A stretch of DNA of 64,000 nt from the NCBI GenBank assembly GCA_963804165.1, contig CAWDPO010000023.1, positions 64,001 to 128,000 on the forward strand, read 5' to 3'. Origin of the DNA: an uncultured delta proteobacterium. Lineage in GTDB: Bacteria > Desulfobacterota > Binatia > UBA9968. The notes below the pieces were generated by a model, which saw only the letters and a list, made by a program, of their open reading frames with translations, did no database searches and had not been told where the DNA came from. This document shows, piece by piece, positions 39,869 to 51,797 of this stretch. The position numbers and the translations under genes were made by a program. Each line of letters starts with the position of its first letter. The first letter of the stretch is position 1.

Positions 39869-40411
39869 TTATTCAAATTTTGCTTTGCGCAATGATTCAA
39901 TAACTCGGACCATTCTCGCTCCGGGTTCTTGAATGAGCCGGAGCAGATGTGTTGCGGGAGCATTGATCATCGCCAAGAGCTTTGCCTGAAGCTCGGGCTT
40001 GCTCGGCATCTGCGACAACACCTTAACTCCGGTCGGATCCATGAAGCGCCCTTCAAAGACACCGCCTTTAATCTTCAGCTTGTCATGATCGTCCCCAAAC
40101 TTGACCAGCGCCTTGGACAAAACCACTGGATCGTCGTAGGCAAACACCCAGCCGTTTGGCCCTTCCAGGAGTTTCTCCAGATCACCGAACGCGGTACCGT
40201 CGAGCGCGCGCCGCACGAGTGTATTCTTGATCACTTGGTATTCGCCTGAGGCGTCACGAATCTCCCGGCGCAGCCGAGTCATCTGAGCAACGCTCAGTCC
40301 GCGATATTCGGTAACTATTGCCATCTTCGCCGTCTTAAGCCTTTGATGGACGGCGTCGACAGTTTCACCTTTTTCGCTATGGCCAGCGCGGACAACTTGC
40401 GGTTCCGACAT
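39869..40411 (-). CDS. rplJ: 50S ribosomal protein L10
   Basis: EYRGLSV, VIKNTL, position between rplA and rplL. Confidence 0.95.
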   Translation of the reverse strand: MSEPQVVRAGHSEKGETVDAVHQRLKTAKMAIVTEYRGLSVAQMTRLRREIRDASGEYQVIKNTLVRRALDGTAFGDLEKLLEGPNGWVFAYDDPVVLSKALVKFGDDHDKLKIKGGVFEGRFMDPTGVKVLSQMPSKPELQAKLLAMINAPATHLLRLIQEPGARMVRVIESLRKAKFE

Positions 40412-40471
40412 TCTATTCTCCCTAAGGTCGATGCACGATCATGCAATTATCGATTATTCTCCAAGCGCGGG

Positions 40472-41176
40472 CTACGCGGCCATGGCGCGAATTTGCGCTA
40501 GATCGATTTTGATTCCGGGACCCATCGTGGTAGCAACCGTCACACCTTTGACGTAGTTACCTTTGGCGGACGCGGGCTTCGCGCGCAGAATTGAATTCAG
40601 CACTGCTTGGGCGTTGTCGATCAATTGCTCGGCGCCGAAGGAAGCTTTGCCAACCGGCACATGAACGATGCCGGCTTTATCGACTCGGAATTCCAGCTTG
40701 CCGGCTTTGATTTCTTTCACAGCTTTGCCGATATCGATGGCGACCGTGCCGGTTTTTGGGTTTGGCATTAGACCACGCGGACCGAGGATCTTACCAATGC
40801 GCCCGACCGCGCCCATCATATCCGGCGTGGCGACCGCTTTATCAAAGTCCAGCCAGCCTTCGCTGATCTTTTTGATCAGCTCGTCACTGCCGACGAAATC
40901 AGCGCCCGCATCTTGAGCTTCCTTTTCTTTGTCCCCCTTAGCGAAGGCCAGGACACGCACGCTTTTTCCCATGCCGTGCGGCAACGTCACGGTGCCGCGG
41001 ATGTTCTGATCGGCCTGACGGGGATCAACACCCAAGCGGATCGCCATTTCGACAGTCTCATCAAACTTGGCACGGGCAGTTTCCTTCGCTAGACGCAGGC
41101 TATCTTCCAGTAGATAACGCTGGCTGCGATCTATTTTTTCCAGTGCCGCGCGATAAGTCTTGCCGGGTCCACTCAT
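40472..41176 (-). CDS. rplA: 50S ribosomal protein L1
   Basis: [26 protein letters not shown]. Confidence 0.98.
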   Translation of the reverse strand: MSGPGKTYRAALEKIDRSQRYLLEDSLRLAKETARAKFDETVEMAIRLGVDPRQADQNIRGTVTLPHGMGKSVRVLAFAKGDKEKEAQDAGADFVGSDELIKKISEGWLDFDKAVATPDMMGAVGRIGKILGPRGLMPNPKTGTVAIDIGKAVKEIKAGKLEFRVDKAGIVHVPVGKASFGAEQLIDNAQAVLNSILRAKPASAKGNYVKGVTVATTMGPGIKIDLAQIRAMAA

Positions 41177-41246
41177 AGTTTTCTCCTAAACCGGGGGCGC
41201 TTGTAATATTCTTCGCACGATGGGCCGCTCAAATGGTCCAAAACCT

Positions 41247-41672
41247 TTAGCCGTCGACTTCCAAACCGATACTTCGCGCTGTACCCTCGATGGACTTCTC
41301 CGCGGCGGCCAAATCTTTGGCGGTTAGATCCTTGAATTTCAGTTCGGCAATCTGTCTGACCTGTGCTCGAGTGACTTTCCCTACTGCGGTTTTCCCGGTT
41401 TCGGACGAACCCTTTTCAAGGCCAGCGGCTTTTTTGAGCAACACCGAAGCCGGAGGAGTCTTGGTGATAAATGTAAACGAACGGTCCGCGTAAACGGTGA
41501 TAATGACAGGAGTTATCATTCCTTGCTGGGCCTGAGTTGCGGCATTGAACGATTTGCAGAACTCCATGATGTTGACGCCACGCTGACCCAGTGCTGGACC
41601 CACCGGCGGACTCGGGTTAGCTTGTCCCGCCGGGATCTGCAGTTTGACCTCGCCGATGACTTTCTTCGCCAT
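41247..41672 (-). CDS. rplK: 50S ribosomal protein L11
   Basis: [19 protein letters not shown]. Confidence 0.98.
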   Translation of the reverse strand: MAKKVIGEVKLQIPAGQANPSPPVGPALGQRGVNIMEFCKSFNAATQAQQGMITPVIITVYADRSFTFITKTPPASVLLKKAAGLEKGSSETGKTAVGKVTRAQVRQIAELKFKDLTAKDLAAAEKSIEGTARSIGLEVDG

Positions 41673-41689
41673 GTAAACGACCCCTCTGA

Positions 41690-42220
41690 CTAATTACGTT
41701 CCACCTGGACGAACTCAAGTTCGACAGGTGTTGCCCGTCCAAATATGCTAATCAATACTCTGAGCTTACCCTTGTCCGGTTTGACCTCTTCTACAACGCC
41801 GTTGAAATCGGCGAAGGGTCCGTCGATCACCTTCACGTTCTCGCCCACTGAAAATAAAACTCGAGGTTTTGGCTTGATCGCCCCTTCTTCCATTTGCTGG
41901 GTAATCGCTCTCACCTCTTCGTCACTTACCGGGGGAGGATTCGTGCTGCCACCGACAAATCCAGTAACCTTGGGAGTTTCTTTTACGACGTGCCATGTCT
42001 CATCGTTCAATTCCATTTGAACGAGAATATAGCCGGGAAAAAATTTGCGCGAAGAAGTTTTCTTCTTACCCTTGACCAACTCGACAACCTTTTCGACCGG
42101 CACCATAATCTCGCCGAAATAATCCTGCTTCCCCAGGGATCGAATACGCTCCTCAAGTGCCGCCTTGGCCTTTTGTTCATAGCCCGAAAACGTGTGCACG
42201 ATGTACCACTGTTTCGCCAT
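41690..42220 (-). CDS. nusG: Transcription termination/antitermination factor NusG
   Basis: [28 protein letters not shown]. Confidence 0.98.
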   Translation of the reverse strand: MAKQWYIVHTFSGYEQKAKAALEERIRSLGKQDYFGEIMVPVEKVVELVKGKKKTSSRKFFPGYILVQMELNDETWHVVKETPKVTGFVGGSTNPPPVSDEEVRAITQQMEEGAIKPKPRVLFSVGENVKVIDGPFADFNGVVEEVKPDKGKLRVLISIFGRATPVELEFVQVERN

Positions 42221-42238
42221 ACGTAAGCGCCTATGAAT

Positions 42239-42454
42239 TCACCCGATGATCGCCTGAATTGCTTTCGTCAACGCCAAATCAATCGCGGCCAGATACACCG
42301 AGATGAGCACCACGACGATAATCACAACCAGGGTCGCCGCATAAGTTTCCTTACGCGTAGGCCAATAAACTTTTTTTAGCTCCTGCCACGACTCCTTGAA
42401 AAACTCGGCGGCGTGCCTAGCGCCGTCCTGGATTTTTTGAATCCAATCCCCCAT
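42239..42454 (-). CDS. secE: Preprotein translocase SecE
   Basis: ELKKVYWPTRKE plus one TM helix; start at MGDWIQ. Confidence 0.93.
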   Translation of the reverse strand: MGDWIQKIQDGARHAAEFFKESWQELKKVYWPTRKETYAATLVVIIVVVLISVYLAAIDLALTKAIQAIIG

Positions 42455-42475
42455 GAGATACAAAATCCAATGAGA

Positions 42476-42552
42476 TGGCGGGTCAGGCAGGACTCGAACC
42501 TGCAACAACCGGATTTGGAGTCCGGCGCTCTACCAATTGGAGCTACTGACCC
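42476..42552 (-). tRNA. tRNA-Trp (CCA)
   Basis: Acceptor GGGTCAG/CTGACCC, anticodon arm ccgga-ctCCAaa-tccgg, TTCGAGT T-loop, encoded CCA. Confidence 0.95.
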
Positions 42553-42564
42553 CCTGTATCTCCG

Positions 42565-42717
42565 TTAGACTTTAACCTCACGATGCAGGGTGTGGACGCG
42601 GCAAGAAGCACAAAACTTCTTGAGTGACAATTTGTCCGTGGTTTTCTTCCGGTTTTTTGTTGACGTGTAATTTTTACGCTTGCATTGGTCGCAAGCAAAC
42701 CCGACGAGTTCACGCAT
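42565..42717 (-). CDS. rpmG: 50S ribosomal protein L33 (zinc-binding type; below ORF-track size)
   Basis: Manual translation MRELVGFACDQCKRKNYTSTKNRKKTTDKLSLKKFCASCRVHTLHREVKV; GGAGG RBS. Confidence 0.95.
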   Translation of the reverse strand: MRELVGFACDQCKRKNYTSTKNRKKTTDKLSLKKFCASCRVHTLHREVKV

Positions 42718-42751
42718 AGCCCCAACCTCCCTTGGCCGCCATCAAGTTATT

Positions 42752-43942
42752 TTATTGAATGATTTTTGTAACCACTCCCGCGCCGACGGTCCGGCCACCT
42801 TCACGAATAGCGAACTTTAATCCATCATCCATGGCGACAGGTGTGATCAATTCGATTTCCACGTTGATGTTATCACCCGGCATAACCATTTCAGTACCCT
42901 CAGGCAACTTCACGACCCCCGTCACGTCCGTCGTGCGGAAAAAGAATTGCGGCCGATAACCATTGAAAAAAGGTGTATGCCGGCCACCTTCTTCTTTGGT
43001 CAGAACGTAAGCCTCTGCGTTAAATCTATTGTGCGGCGTAATGCTGCCTGGCTTAGCCAAAACCTGGCCACGCTCCACTTCCTCTCGCTTGGTACCCCGG
43101 AGTAGGACACCGATATTGTCACCAGCTTGCCCCTCGTCCAGCAGTTTTCGGAACATTTCCACACCCGTGGCCACGGTTTTTAGAGTTGCTTTGAAGCCGA
43201 CAATTTCGATTTCCTCACCAACTTTTACAATACCGCGCTCCACACGTCCCGTAACAACTGTGCCGCGTCCACTGATCGTAAACACGTCCTCGACCGGCAT
43301 CAGAAAAGGCCTGTCGATATCGCGTATGGGTTCTTGAATGAATGAATCCACTGCTTCCATGAGTTTTAAGATCGCGCCTTCCCCCATTTCAGATGTATCA
43401 CCTTCAAGCGCCTTCAATGCACTGCCGATGACGATAGGAGTATCGTCACCCGGAAACTTGTATTTTGAGAGCAGTTCGCGGACTTCAAGTTCGACAAGTT
43501 CCAAGAGTTCTTTGTCATCCACCATATCTGCTTTGTTAAGAAAGACGACGATCGCGGGTACTCCGACTTGGCGCGCCAATAAGATATGTTCGCGTGTCTG
43601 AGGCATCGGTCCGTCAGCCGCCGAGACAACCAGAATCGCTCCGTCCATCTGCGCCGCGCCGGTAATCATATTTTTGACATAGTCAGCGTGGCCTGGACAG
43701 TCGACATGAGCGTAATGACGTTTATCGGTCTCGTACTCGACGTGGGCGATATTGATCGTGACGCCGCGCTCTCTTTCTTCAGGCGCTTTGTCGATCTGAT
43801 CGTAGGCAAGAAACTTGGCCTTACCCGACTTCTCCAAAACTTTTGTGATCGCTGCGGTTAAAGTCGTCTTACCGTGATCGACGTGACCAATCGTGCCGAT
43901 ATTAAGGTGCGGCTTTTTACGCTCAAACTTCTGCTTGCTCAT
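42752..43942 (-). CDS. tuf: Elongation factor Tu
   Basis: [27 protein letters not shown]. Confidence 0.99.
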   Translation of the reverse strand: MSKQKFERKKPHLNIGTIGHVDHGKTTLTAAITKVLEKSGKAKFLAYDQIDKAPEERERGVTINIAHVEYETDKRHYAHVDCPGHADYVKNMITGAAQMDGAILVVSAADGPMPQTREHILLARQVGVPAIVVFLNKADMVDDKELLELVELEVRELLSKYKFPGDDTPIVIGSALKALEGDTSEMGEGAILKLMEAVDSFIQEPIRDIDRPFLMPVEDVFTISGRGTVVTGRVERGIVKVGEEIEIVGFKATLKTVATGVEMFRKLLDEGQAGDNIGVLLRGTKREEVERGQVLAKPGSITPHNRFNAEAYVLTKEEGGRHTPFFNGYRPQFFFRTTDVTGVVKLPEGTEMVMPGDNINVEIELITPVAMDDGLKFAIREGGRTVGAGVVTKIIQ

Positions 43943-44021
43943 CTCATCCTCCTATTGATTAACAGTGCATCAATTCGTAAAATTCAAGATTTCTAACCGG
44001 CGTATTTCACGATCTGGGCAA

Positions 44022-44094
44022 AGCCCAGGAGCGGGATCGAACCGCCGACCTCGTCCTTACCAAGGACGTGCTCTACCGACTGAGCTACCTGGGC
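44022..44094 (-). tRNA. tRNA-Thr (GGT), CCA not encoded
   Basis: GCCCAGG/CCTGGGC acceptor, cgtcc-ttGGTaa-ggacg. Confidence 0.95.
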
Positions 44095-44184
44095 ATAACA
44101 CTCGACCACTTGCAGAATGTGGCTTTCTCGCATCCGAACGGCAGCTCTGAGCTCTGGCCACATAGTTACCATCGATAAGCAAAA

Positions 44185-44260
44185 TGGAGCGGGAAACGGG
44201 ACTCGAACCCGCGACCCCAAGCTTGGAAGGCTTGCGCTCTACCAACTGAGCTATTCCCGC
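44185..44260 (-). tRNA. tRNA-Gly (TCC)
   Basis: caagc-ctTCCaa-gcttg, CCA end. Confidence 0.96.
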
Positions 44261-44270
44261 TTACGAAATA

Positions 44271-44355
<85 letters not shown>

Positions 44356-44410
44356 CTATTTCCCTTCACCCCACTTAAACCATTACCTTTTTTCAGAAAA
44401 TGTGCTGTAC

Positions 44411-44485
44411 TGGAGCTGGCGATAGGATTTGAACCTACAACCTGCTGATTACAAATCAGCTGCTCTACCGTTGAGCTACGCCAGC
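44411..44485 (-). tRNA. tRNA-Thr (TGT)
   Basis: gctga-ttTGTaa-tcagc, CCA end. Confidence 0.96.
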
Positions 44486-44754
44486 TTGGCTCACGCTAAC
44501 GCAAACTAGCGGCAGCCCAAATCGCCAAAAAATAACGACATAGAGGCTGCTTGAAATAACATTTTCAGTTATAAACCCGATCGTCAGACCAAACACCAAT
44601 TAAAGCCCAGACAAACGAAGCCCCCAAGGTGACGTTCCCCTTTTGTAACCGGGTATTTAAAGCACCTTCACTTATCCATGTCAACAGCCAGGGATGCCAA
44701 TTCGCATAAATTCTTAGCATCTACCCTATTTTCGTCCTTTAGTTCAGCCAAGTC

Positions 44755-45507
44755 CTATTTTGTGGTTAGGCCTTGACGGAGAAGTTCGTACAAAAAAACC
44801 GCTCCCGCCGCCCCTACATTCAGAGACGTAACCTTTCCAAGCATTGGAATCGATACCAAAAAATCACACTCCCGTAGAATCACCGGGCGAACCCCCTTAC
44901 CTTCACTCCCTAGAACGATCGCCAGACGCGACGGATACCTCGTATCATAAATACTTTGCCGGCTATCTGCATCGAGACCAGTAATCCAAAACCCACGCCC
45001 CTTTAGCTCCACTAGAACTCGGCGAAGATTGGTAACTCTAGCTATCTCCAAGTGGTAGATTGCTCCCGCCGATGCTTTTACTGCCAACGGTGTGACCTCA
45101 GCGGATCGATCTTTGGGAATTACAACATAGTGAATTCCGACGGCCTCCGCAGTTCGTAACAGCGCGCCAAAATTCCGTGGATCAGTCAAACCATCGAGAA
45201 TCAAAATCCATTCCGGATTCAATGGCTCGGAGGTTCGTTCTAGTAAGACTTCGAACGGCAAGTATCGGTACGCCTTAACCTTCGCAATGACCCCTTGGTG
45301 TCGTTGGCCACCAACAAGTCGGTCTAGAATCTGACGCCTCTCCGTGACGACCTGCAGGCCCCGTCCCATGGCTTCTTGCCTGATCAAGCGTAACGCAGAA
45401 CGATCGGGACCGTCAGAAATTAGTATCTCCAAAATATCATCGGCGGAGGCCTGGAGTTTTTCCAGAACCGGGTTCACGCCGAACACGATGTTTTGGTTTT
45501 TTGACAT
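44755..45507 (-). CDS. rlmB: 23S rRNA (guanosine-2251-2'-O)-methyltransferase, SpoU family
   Basis: HQGV.A, LDGLTDPRNFGALLRTA, GSEGKG, IPMLG...SLNV. Confidence 0.92.
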   Translation of the reverse strand: MSKNQNIVFGVNPVLEKLQASADDILEILISDGPDRSALRLIRQEAMGRGLQVVTERRQILDRLVGGQRHQGVIAKVKAYRYLPFEVLLERTSEPLNPEWILILDGLTDPRNFGALLRTAEAVGIHYVVIPKDRSAEVTPLAVKASAGAIYHLEIARVTNLRRVLVELKGRGFWITGLDADSRQSIYDTRYPSRLAIVLGSEGKGVRPVILRECDFLVSIPMLGKVTSLNVGAAGAVFLYELLRQGLTTK

Positions 45508-45544
45508 CAGCGGATGCTAACTTGACAGGGGCAATTTACAAAGC

Positions 45545-46771
45545 ATGCTTCACCGGTTAACATGCCCGCACGTGAAGCGAAAAATCCTATTTCGATATCT
45601 TGTTTCCGAAATTGTTCCGCCTTTTTTTCTCGGCCTATTGGCATTTACTTCGGTGCTATTGATCGCGCGAATCTTGAAGCTGATCGAATTGGTGGTCACG
45701 CGCGGTGTTCCCTTTATCCAGATCGGCAAACTCTTTTCCTTGATTCTGCCAACCTTTTTAGAGATGACCGTGCCGATGGCGTTTTTGCTCGCGATACTAT
45801 TGGGATTGGGACGCATGTCGAATGACCAAGAGCTCCTCGCGATGAAAGCGTCGGGAGTGAGTCCGAATCAAATTCTTTGGCCCATCGCATCTCTGGCTTT
45901 GGTCATCGCGGCGGCAACGCTGTTCTTAACGATGTTTGCCCGTCCGGCTGCGAACTTTGCACTAAAAAGGGAACTTTACAATATCGCGAAGAATCGCGTT
46001 GGAACCGCTCTCAAGGAAAAAGTATTCAACGACGACTTTCCCAAAATCTTGATCTACGTAGAGGAAATCGTCCCTCCAGGAAACACCGCCCAGGGCGTGT
46101 TGATTGTCGACAGGCGAGATAAGGCGCGCGAAGACATCATACTCGGAAAGGTTGCCCGCATCTCCACTGACGAAGAAACCAATACACTCGGCCTCAGACT
46201 TTTCGACGGTTCCATCTACGAGCGTGAAAAGACCCGCCCCGGATTCAGCCAAACCCGTTTCAATATTTATGATTTCAAACTTGACCTCGATGACCTCATC
46301 GGCCCGGTTCGGCAGAAAGAATCGGGACCTAAAGAAATGCAGGTGTCGGAATTACTCAATGCAATGGAAGCCAAGCGAGTCCGCGGCGTCAAAACAATCG
46401 CCGAAAGAATGGAGTTGCACCAAAGGATCTCGTTTGGCTTCGCCCCGCTGGTATTTTGCTTACTCGGAGTGTCGCTGGCTCTAATCCCCCGAACTTCCCG
46501 CACCAATAGATCGTGGGGTTTCATGCTTTGCCTTTTTTGGCTCGTGACTTATTACGCGCTTTTGTCTCTCGGAAAAGCACTTGGTGATAAGACGATACTC
46601 CATCCCATTCCCGCGGTTTGGTTACCGAATGTTGTGGTCGGTGGCATTGGATTGCAATTCTTCAGGCATGCACTTCGGGAATCGCCGCTCATGTTACCTC
46701 CAGCGCTGGAACGCGCCACCGCCTCCGCTGGCCGGCTTTTGCGAGATCTCAAGCCGAAGAAACGCAGCTGA
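45545..46771 (+). CDS. lptF: LPS export ABC transporter permease LptF (start may be GTG 45572)
   Basis: ILFRYL..EI..PF, GLGRMSNDQELLAMKASGVS, ELHQRIS, WLPN. Confidence 0.9.
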   Translation: MLHRLTCPHVKRKILFRYLVSEIVPPFFLGLLAFTSVLLIARILKLIELVVTRGVPFIQIGKLFSLILPTFLEMTVPMAFLLAILLGLGRMSNDQELLAMKASGVSPNQILWPIASLALVIAAATLFLTMFARPAANFALKRELYNIAKNRVGTALKEKVFNDDFPKILIYVEEIVPPGNTAQGVLIVDRRDKAREDIILGKVARISTDEETNTLGLRLFDGSIYEREKTRPGFSQTRFNIYDFKLDLDDLIGPVRQKESGPKEMQVSELLNAMEAKRVRGVKTIAERMELHQRISFGFAPLVFCLLGVSLALIPRTSRTNRSWGFMLCLFWLVTYYALLSLGKALGDKTILHPIPAVWLPNVVVGGIGLQFFRHALRESPLMLPPALERATASAGRLLRDLKPKKRS

Positions 46772-46779
46772 AAGCGCCC

Positions 46780-47889
46780 ATGACAAACAGGATCTCATTC
46801 AAGTTCCTCCCTGTTGCCGGAATCTTAGACCGATATGTAGCCGCTGGCTTCCTGCGAATATTTTTCACTAGCCTAATGGTGGTGACTTTACTCTACGTCA
46901 CGGTTGATTTTTTTGAGCGAATTGGAACGCTGCTCGATACCGGGGCAACCCTCTCAAGCATCGCACGCTATTTTCTATTTAAAGCGCCTCTCTTGATCTC
47001 GCGCGTCGTGGGGTTCGCGACTCTATTTTCGACTCTATTTTGCTTCAGCACGCTAGCCCGTTCCCGAGAGCTCACCGCGATCCGTGCTAGTGGCATCACC
47101 GTGCAACGAATTGCCTTACCGCTGCTGATCCTTTCTATAATCATTTGCGGCTTCACTTTTGTCTGGAATGAGACTCTCGTGCCTGCATTCACTCACAGCG
47201 CTCAAAATATTTACAAGACCGAAATCAAGAATAAACAACAACAAAGTCTTTTGGGAACCCACGATATTTGGATCCGCGGAGAAGGCAGCTTTATCAACGT
47301 GGACTATTTCGACACTCGAACCGCCACTCTTGAGAATGTCACCGTCTTTCTTCTCAACCGTGACTTCAGTTTGCGCGGGCTCGTGGAAATACCGAAGGTC
47401 CAATGGACAAAAGACGGTTGGAAGGCCGCCGCCGCGACGGAGTGGAGTTTATTAGCGGACGGTAAGATGACTCGACGGGAGACGGAGGCGGCTCTGCCCA
47501 TTTCTGAAACGCCAGAAGACCTCAAGCTGTTAGCACGCGACGTTGAAGAATTTACGTTCTTTGATTTACAAAAACAGATTGCGGATATGAAAAGTAAAGG
47601 GATTGATACCACTTACTATGAAGTCGATCTCCAGACGAAGTTGGCACTTCCGTTTATCTCGCCGTTGATGGTTCTGCTCGCGATTCCCTTCGCACTTAAA
47701 AGGCAACTGAGCGGCGGTCTTTCACTTAGCTTCGGACTCGCCATGATCATAGGCTTTGGATACTGGGTTTTAACCGCTTTTTGCGTGTCCCTCGGCCATA
47801 GCGGCGCGATGCCATCATGGATATCTGCTTGGACACCTAACGCGATATTTGCACTGATTGGTCTGTTTTTTTTCACGGCGGAGGAGTGA
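46780..47889 (+). CDS. lptG: LPS export ABC transporter permease LptG
   Basis: ILDRYV, ELTAIRASGI, KLALPF, SAWTPN; tandem with lptF. Confidence 0.9.
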   Translation: MTNRISFKFLPVAGILDRYVAAGFLRIFFTSLMVVTLLYVTVDFFERIGTLLDTGATLSSIARYFLFKAPLLISRVVGFATLFSTLFCFSTLARSRELTAIRASGITVQRIALPLLILSIIICGFTFVWNETLVPAFTHSAQNIYKTEIKNKQQQSLLGTHDIWIRGEGSFINVDYFDTRTATLENVTVFLLNRDFSLRGLVEIPKVQWTKDGWKAAAATEWSLLADGKMTRRETEAALPISETPEDLKLLARDVEEFTFFDLQKQIADMKSKGIDTTYYEVDLQTKLALPFISPLMVLLAIPFALKRQLSGGLSLSFGLAMIIGFGYWVLTAFCVSLGHSGAMPSWISAWTPNAIFALIGLFFFTAEE

Positions 47890-48038
47890 AAAGCACTACG
47901 GAATGCGCGGTGATATTTTTGCTTGTACGTCGACCCAGACTTCCCTGGAATCTTTTTGGAAAATCTAGCAGTGGGGGTTCGAGCGTGAGCCGAAACAGGT
48001 TAAATTTTAGCTACGGCAAGAAGTAACGATCTGAATTC

Positions 48039-48431
48039 TTACCGTTTTGAGTATTGTGGCCGTTTGCGCGCTTTATGGCGACCATACTTCTTGCGCTCCA
48101 CGGCGCGCGGATCGCGGGTAACAAAGCCAGCTTTTTTTAGCGGCGAACGGAGATCAGCATTGACTTGCATTAGGGCTCGAGTAATCCCGTGGCGAATCGC
48201 CCCCGCTTGCCCTGAGATTCCGCCACCGACGACGTTCACGTCGATGTCGAAACTTCCTCCAGTTTGCGTCACGTCGAAGGGCTGGAGCACAATCATGCGA
48301 GCCGTTTCGCGGCCGAAATACTCCTGCAACGACCTTTCATTGATCTTGATATTGCCTTTGCCAGGTTTCAAGAACACCCGTGCAACAGAGGTCTTTCTGC
48401 GCCCGGTCGCTGTAAAGACTTTTTCCGCCAT
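48039..48431 (-). CDS. rpsI: 30S ribosomal protein S9
   Basis: [28 protein letters not shown]. Confidence 0.98.
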   Translation of the reverse strand: MAEKVFTATGRRKTSVARVFLKPGKGNIKINERSLQEYFGRETARMIVLQPFDVTQTGGSFDIDVNVVGGGISGQAGAIRHGITRALMQVNADLRSPLKKAGFVTRDPRAVERKKYGRHKARKRPQYSKR

Positions 48432-48444
48432 CGCTATAGTACTC

Positions 48445-48870
48445 CTATGCTACGATTGCCAGAGGTTGTGGTTTTTGTGCATCGTGCGGGTGTTCGGACC
48501 CCGCATAAATCTTCAGCTTGGTCACCAATTTCCGGCTCAAACGGTTTTTCGGCAACATTCCTTTCACGGCAAGCCTAACCAGATCCTCAGGTTTTTCTTC
48601 CAGCATTTGCGCCGCAGTTCTCTCCCTGATACCGCCGGGAAATTCAGTATGCCGATAGTAAACCTTCTTAGCGAGTTTGGCACCTGTCAATTTCACCCCC
48701 CGTGCATTGACGACGATTACGAAGTCTCCGGCATCCTGATTCGGCGTGAAAATGGGCTTATGTTTACCGCGGAGGACCTTGGCAATCTCAGTCGCCATCC
48801 GCCCAAGGATTTTTCCCTGAGCGTCAACAATGTACCAGCGCCGCTGGGACAGAGCCTCTTTCCTATTCAT
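48445..48870 (-). CDS. rplM: 50S ribosomal protein L13
   Basis: WYIVDA.G..LGR.A, LRGKHKP.FTP, GMLPKN. Confidence 0.97.
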   Translation of the reverse strand: MNRKEALSQRRWYIVDAQGKILGRMATEIAKVLRGKHKPIFTPNQDAGDFVIVVNARGVKLTGAKLAKKVYYRHTEFPGGIRERTAAQMLEEKPEDLVRLAVKGMLPKNRLSRKLVTKLKIYAGSEHPHDAQKPQPLAIVA

Positions 48871-48920
48871 ACGGTAAACTCCAGAAGATCAAATTTTCGA
48901 ACCGCATTCACAAGCGGTAG

Positions 48921-48997
48921 TGGCGGGGCCGACGAGACTCGAACTCGCGACCTCCGGCGTGACAGGCCGGCGTTCTAACCAGCTGAACTACGACCCC
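48921..48997 (-). tRNA. tRNA-Asp (GTC)
   Basis: ccggc-ctGTCac-gccgg, CCA end. Confidence 0.96.
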
Positions 48998-49022
48998 GAC
49001 ATTTAGCTTCATGATCACCCTT

Positions 49023-49097
49023 TGGTGGGCGGTACAGGATTTGAACCTGTGACCCCCGGCTTGTAAGGCCGATGCTCTCCCGCTGAGCTAACCGCCC
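49023..49097 (-). tRNA. tRNA-Val (TAC)
   Basis: tcggc-ctTACaa-gccgg, CCA end. Confidence 0.96.
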
Positions 49098-49254
49098 TCC
49101 GCTATCGACACCGCCTTGAGGCAGCCGAGGATTCCTTACTACGATTAACGCGACCTAATCATGCGCCGCTCCGACATCCAGAAAAAATGCAACGCATCCA
49201 TGAAAAAAACGCGCTACGTCCCTACTGACATTCGGGTCAACAGCGCAAAGCGGT

Positions 49255-49283
49255 TTTATAACAGCAGCGATGCCGGGTGTCAA
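49255..49283 (-). promoter_or_regulatory. Putative sigma70 promoter for tRNA-Val/tRNA-Asp/rplM-rpsI
   Basis: TTGACA-17 nt-TATAAA followed by GC-rich discriminator (accgc). Confidence 0.65.
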
Positions 49284-49300
49284 ACCACCCGGCATCGCTG
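49265..49300 (-). terminator. Perfect 15-bp hairpin after lon (terminator-like)
   Basis: cagcgatgccgggtg-tcaaac-cacccggcatcgctg, 16 nt after lon stop; weak U-tract. Confidence 0.7.
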
Positions 49301-49316
49301 TCAATAAATCAAGGAT

Positions 49317-51788
49317 TCACTGCGGCAAAATTTCCGGAGCAGGGGCGTCGTCGACTTTTTCTGCGTAGGACGGGGGCTCATCCTTGGCTTGAGTTTCAAC
49401 AGGGATCCTTCTGAACAAGCTATCGGGATCATTGATCACCAGAGCCTTTTTCAGAACTTGATCCATATGCGATACCAGCTCCAGCTCAACGGTCTTGAGT
49501 ACGGTTGCCGGGATTTCTTCGATGTCCTTTTCATTTTCGGCTGGAATCAAGACCTTCTTAATTCCCGCCCGGTGAGCTGCCAAAATCTTTTCCTTCAGTC
49601 CACCGATCGGCAACACGGTTCCTCTTAACGTGATTTCCCCGGTCATTGCTAAATCGTTATGCACGGGGATTTTCATCAATGCTGAAACCAACGAAGTCGC
49701 CATAGTGATCCCGGCGGAGGGGCCGTCTTTTGGAATCGCGCCCTCGGGCACATGAATATGCACGTCGAGCTTCTGATAGAAATCCTTTTCCAAGCCCAAT
49801 TCGCCGCCGCGCGAGCGCACGTAACTCATCGCTGCTTGCGCCGACTCTTGCATGACATCGCCAAGTTTCCCAGTGATAATCAGCTGGCCTTTGCCCGGCA
49901 TGATTGTGACCTCAGTGGCCAGGAGTTCGCCGCCGAGTTCGGTCCAAGCCAATCCGGTCGTAACACCGACTTTGACCTCATTCTCCGCTTTGCCGTAGCG
50001 AAACTTGACCGGACCGAGGTACTTGTGCAGACTTTTCGAGCCGACCTGCATGTGCGCATTACGATCCTTGCGCACGACTTCCACAGCGACCTTGCGACAA
50101 ATTGAAGCGATCTCCCGCTCAAGATTGCGAACACCCGCTTCCTTTGTATAGTGACGAATCACACCAAGGATGGCGTTGTCGGTGAACGCCAGATTCTCCG
50201 TTGTGAGCCCATTTGACTCCTTTTGTTTTTCAACAAGATATTTTTTCGCGATACTAAGCTTTTCGAGCTCGGTGTAACCGGCGATACGGATGATCTCCAT
50301 CCGATCTTGTAACGGACGGGGAATCCGATCCAGCGTATTCGCCGTCGTAATAAACATGACCTTTGACAGATCGTAGTCGAGATCAAGATAATGATCGTTA
50401 AACGAAGTGTTTTGCTCAGGATCTAACACCTCGAGGAGCGCGGACGATGGATCACCGCGAAAATCGGTCGACATCTTGTCGATTTCGTCCATCAAGAATA
50501 CCGGATTGCTCGAACCGGCCTTTTTCATCGACTGAACGATTTTTCCCGGCAACGCACCGATATAGGTGCGCCGGTGGCCGCGAATTTCAGCCTCGTCACG
50601 GACCCCGCCGAGCGACACTCTGACAAACTTGCGTCCCGTCGCGCGCGCAATCGACCGGCCTAACGACGTCTTACCGACTCCCGGAGGGCCGACGAGACAG
50701 AGAATCGGGCCTTTAATTTTTCCAACTAGGCTCTGGACAGCAAGGTATTCAAGAATACGCTCCTTTACTTTCTCCAATCCAAAATGGTCCTCTTCCAGCA
50801 CACGCTCTGCCTCGTTGATATCGAGTTTGTCATCAGTAAACTCGTTCCACGGCAGGCTAAGTATCCAATCTATATAATTACGCACGACGGTTGCTTCGGC
50901 CGACATCGGCGACATCATTTTGAGTTTTTTGAGCTCTTTTTCTACCTTGTCCTTGGCCTCAGCGGAGAGCTTCTTCTGCTTTAGTTTTTCTTCAATTTCC
51001 TGAACTTCGTTCTTAAACTCATCCTTCTCGCCCAACTCTTTCTGGATCGCTCTCATTTGTTCATTTAAATAGTATTCCTTCTGCGAGCGCTCCATCTGCT
51101 TCTTCACGCGGGAACGAATTCGCCGCTCAACCTCAAGAATTTCAATTTCGGCGCGCATATGACCGAGCACCTTTTCCAGACGTTCAGCCGCATTGAAGGT
51201 TTCGAGAAGATTCTGCCGATCTTCGAGTTTAATACCGAGATGCGCGACGATCGTGTCCGCCAACCTTCCCGGGTCGTCAATCGACGACACTGACATGACC
51301 ATTTCGGGCGGAATTTTTTTCTTAAGTTTGACGTAATTCTCAAACGTGGTGTGAACTTCCCGAACCAGCGCGTCGACCTCGGTATTCCGTTCGACGAGCT
51401 CCGGAGCATCCTCCACATCCACTAAAAAAAATTCCGGATTTGAAACGAATCGTGTGACTTTTGCCCGCTTTTTACCCTCTATTAACACTTTGACGGTGCC
51501 GTCGGGAAGCTTGAGCATTTGGACCACGGATCCCAAAGTTCCGATTTTGTAAATATCTTCTTCACTCGGATCATTGGTTTTAGCGTCCTTCTGCGAGGAC
51601 AGAAAAATTAGGCTTTGCTTTTGGGTCGCTTCCTCCAGCGCCTTGATGGATCGCTGTCGGCCGACAAAAAGCGGAACAACCATATGCGGAAATACAATGA
51701 TGTCCCTTAGGGGAAGCAACGGAACCCGCGCGGGTCCACCGGCTTGTTCTTTGTCATCTTTTTTGTCTTTTTCGTTTCGAAATAGCAT
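49317..51788 (-). CDS. lon: ATP-dependent protease La
   Basis: GPPGVGKTS Walker A, PKDGPSAG catalytic serine, IGGLKEK. Confidence 0.98.
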   Translation of the reverse strand: MLFRNEKDKKDDKEQAGGPARVPLLPLRDIIVFPHMVVPLFVGRQRSIKALEEATQKQSLIFLSSQKDAKTNDPSEEDIYKIGTLGSVVQMLKLPDGTVKVLIEGKKRAKVTRFVSNPEFFLVDVEDAPELVERNTEVDALVREVHTTFENYVKLKKKIPPEMVMSVSSIDDPGRLADTIVAHLGIKLEDRQNLLETFNAAERLEKVLGHMRAEIEILEVERRIRSRVKKQMERSQKEYYLNEQMRAIQKELGEKDEFKNEVQEIEEKLKQKKLSAEAKDKVEKELKKLKMMSPMSAEATVVRNYIDWILSLPWNEFTDDKLDINEAERVLEEDHFGLEKVKERILEYLAVQSLVGKIKGPILCLVGPPGVGKTSLGRSIARATGRKFVRVSLGGVRDEAEIRGHRRTYIGALPGKIVQSMKKAGSSNPVFLMDEIDKMSTDFRGDPSSALLEVLDPEQNTSFNDHYLDLDYDLSKVMFITTANTLDRIPRPLQDRMEIIRIAGYTELEKLSIAKKYLVEKQKESNGLTTENLAFTDNAILGVIRHYTKEAGVRNLEREIASICRKVAVEVVRKDRNAHMQVGSKSLHKYLGPVKFRYGKAENEVKVGVTTGLAWTELGGELLATEVTIMPGKGQLIITGKLGDVMQESAQAAMSYVRSRGGELGLEKDFYQKLDVHIHVPEGAIPKDGPSAGITMATSLVSALMKIPVHNDLAMTGEITLRGTVLPIGGLKEKILAAHRAGIKKVLIPAENEKDIEEIPATVLKTVELELVSHMDQVLKKALVINDPDSLFRRIPVETQAKDEPPSYAEKVDDAPAPEILPQ

Positions 51789-51797
51789 TTAACCCTC

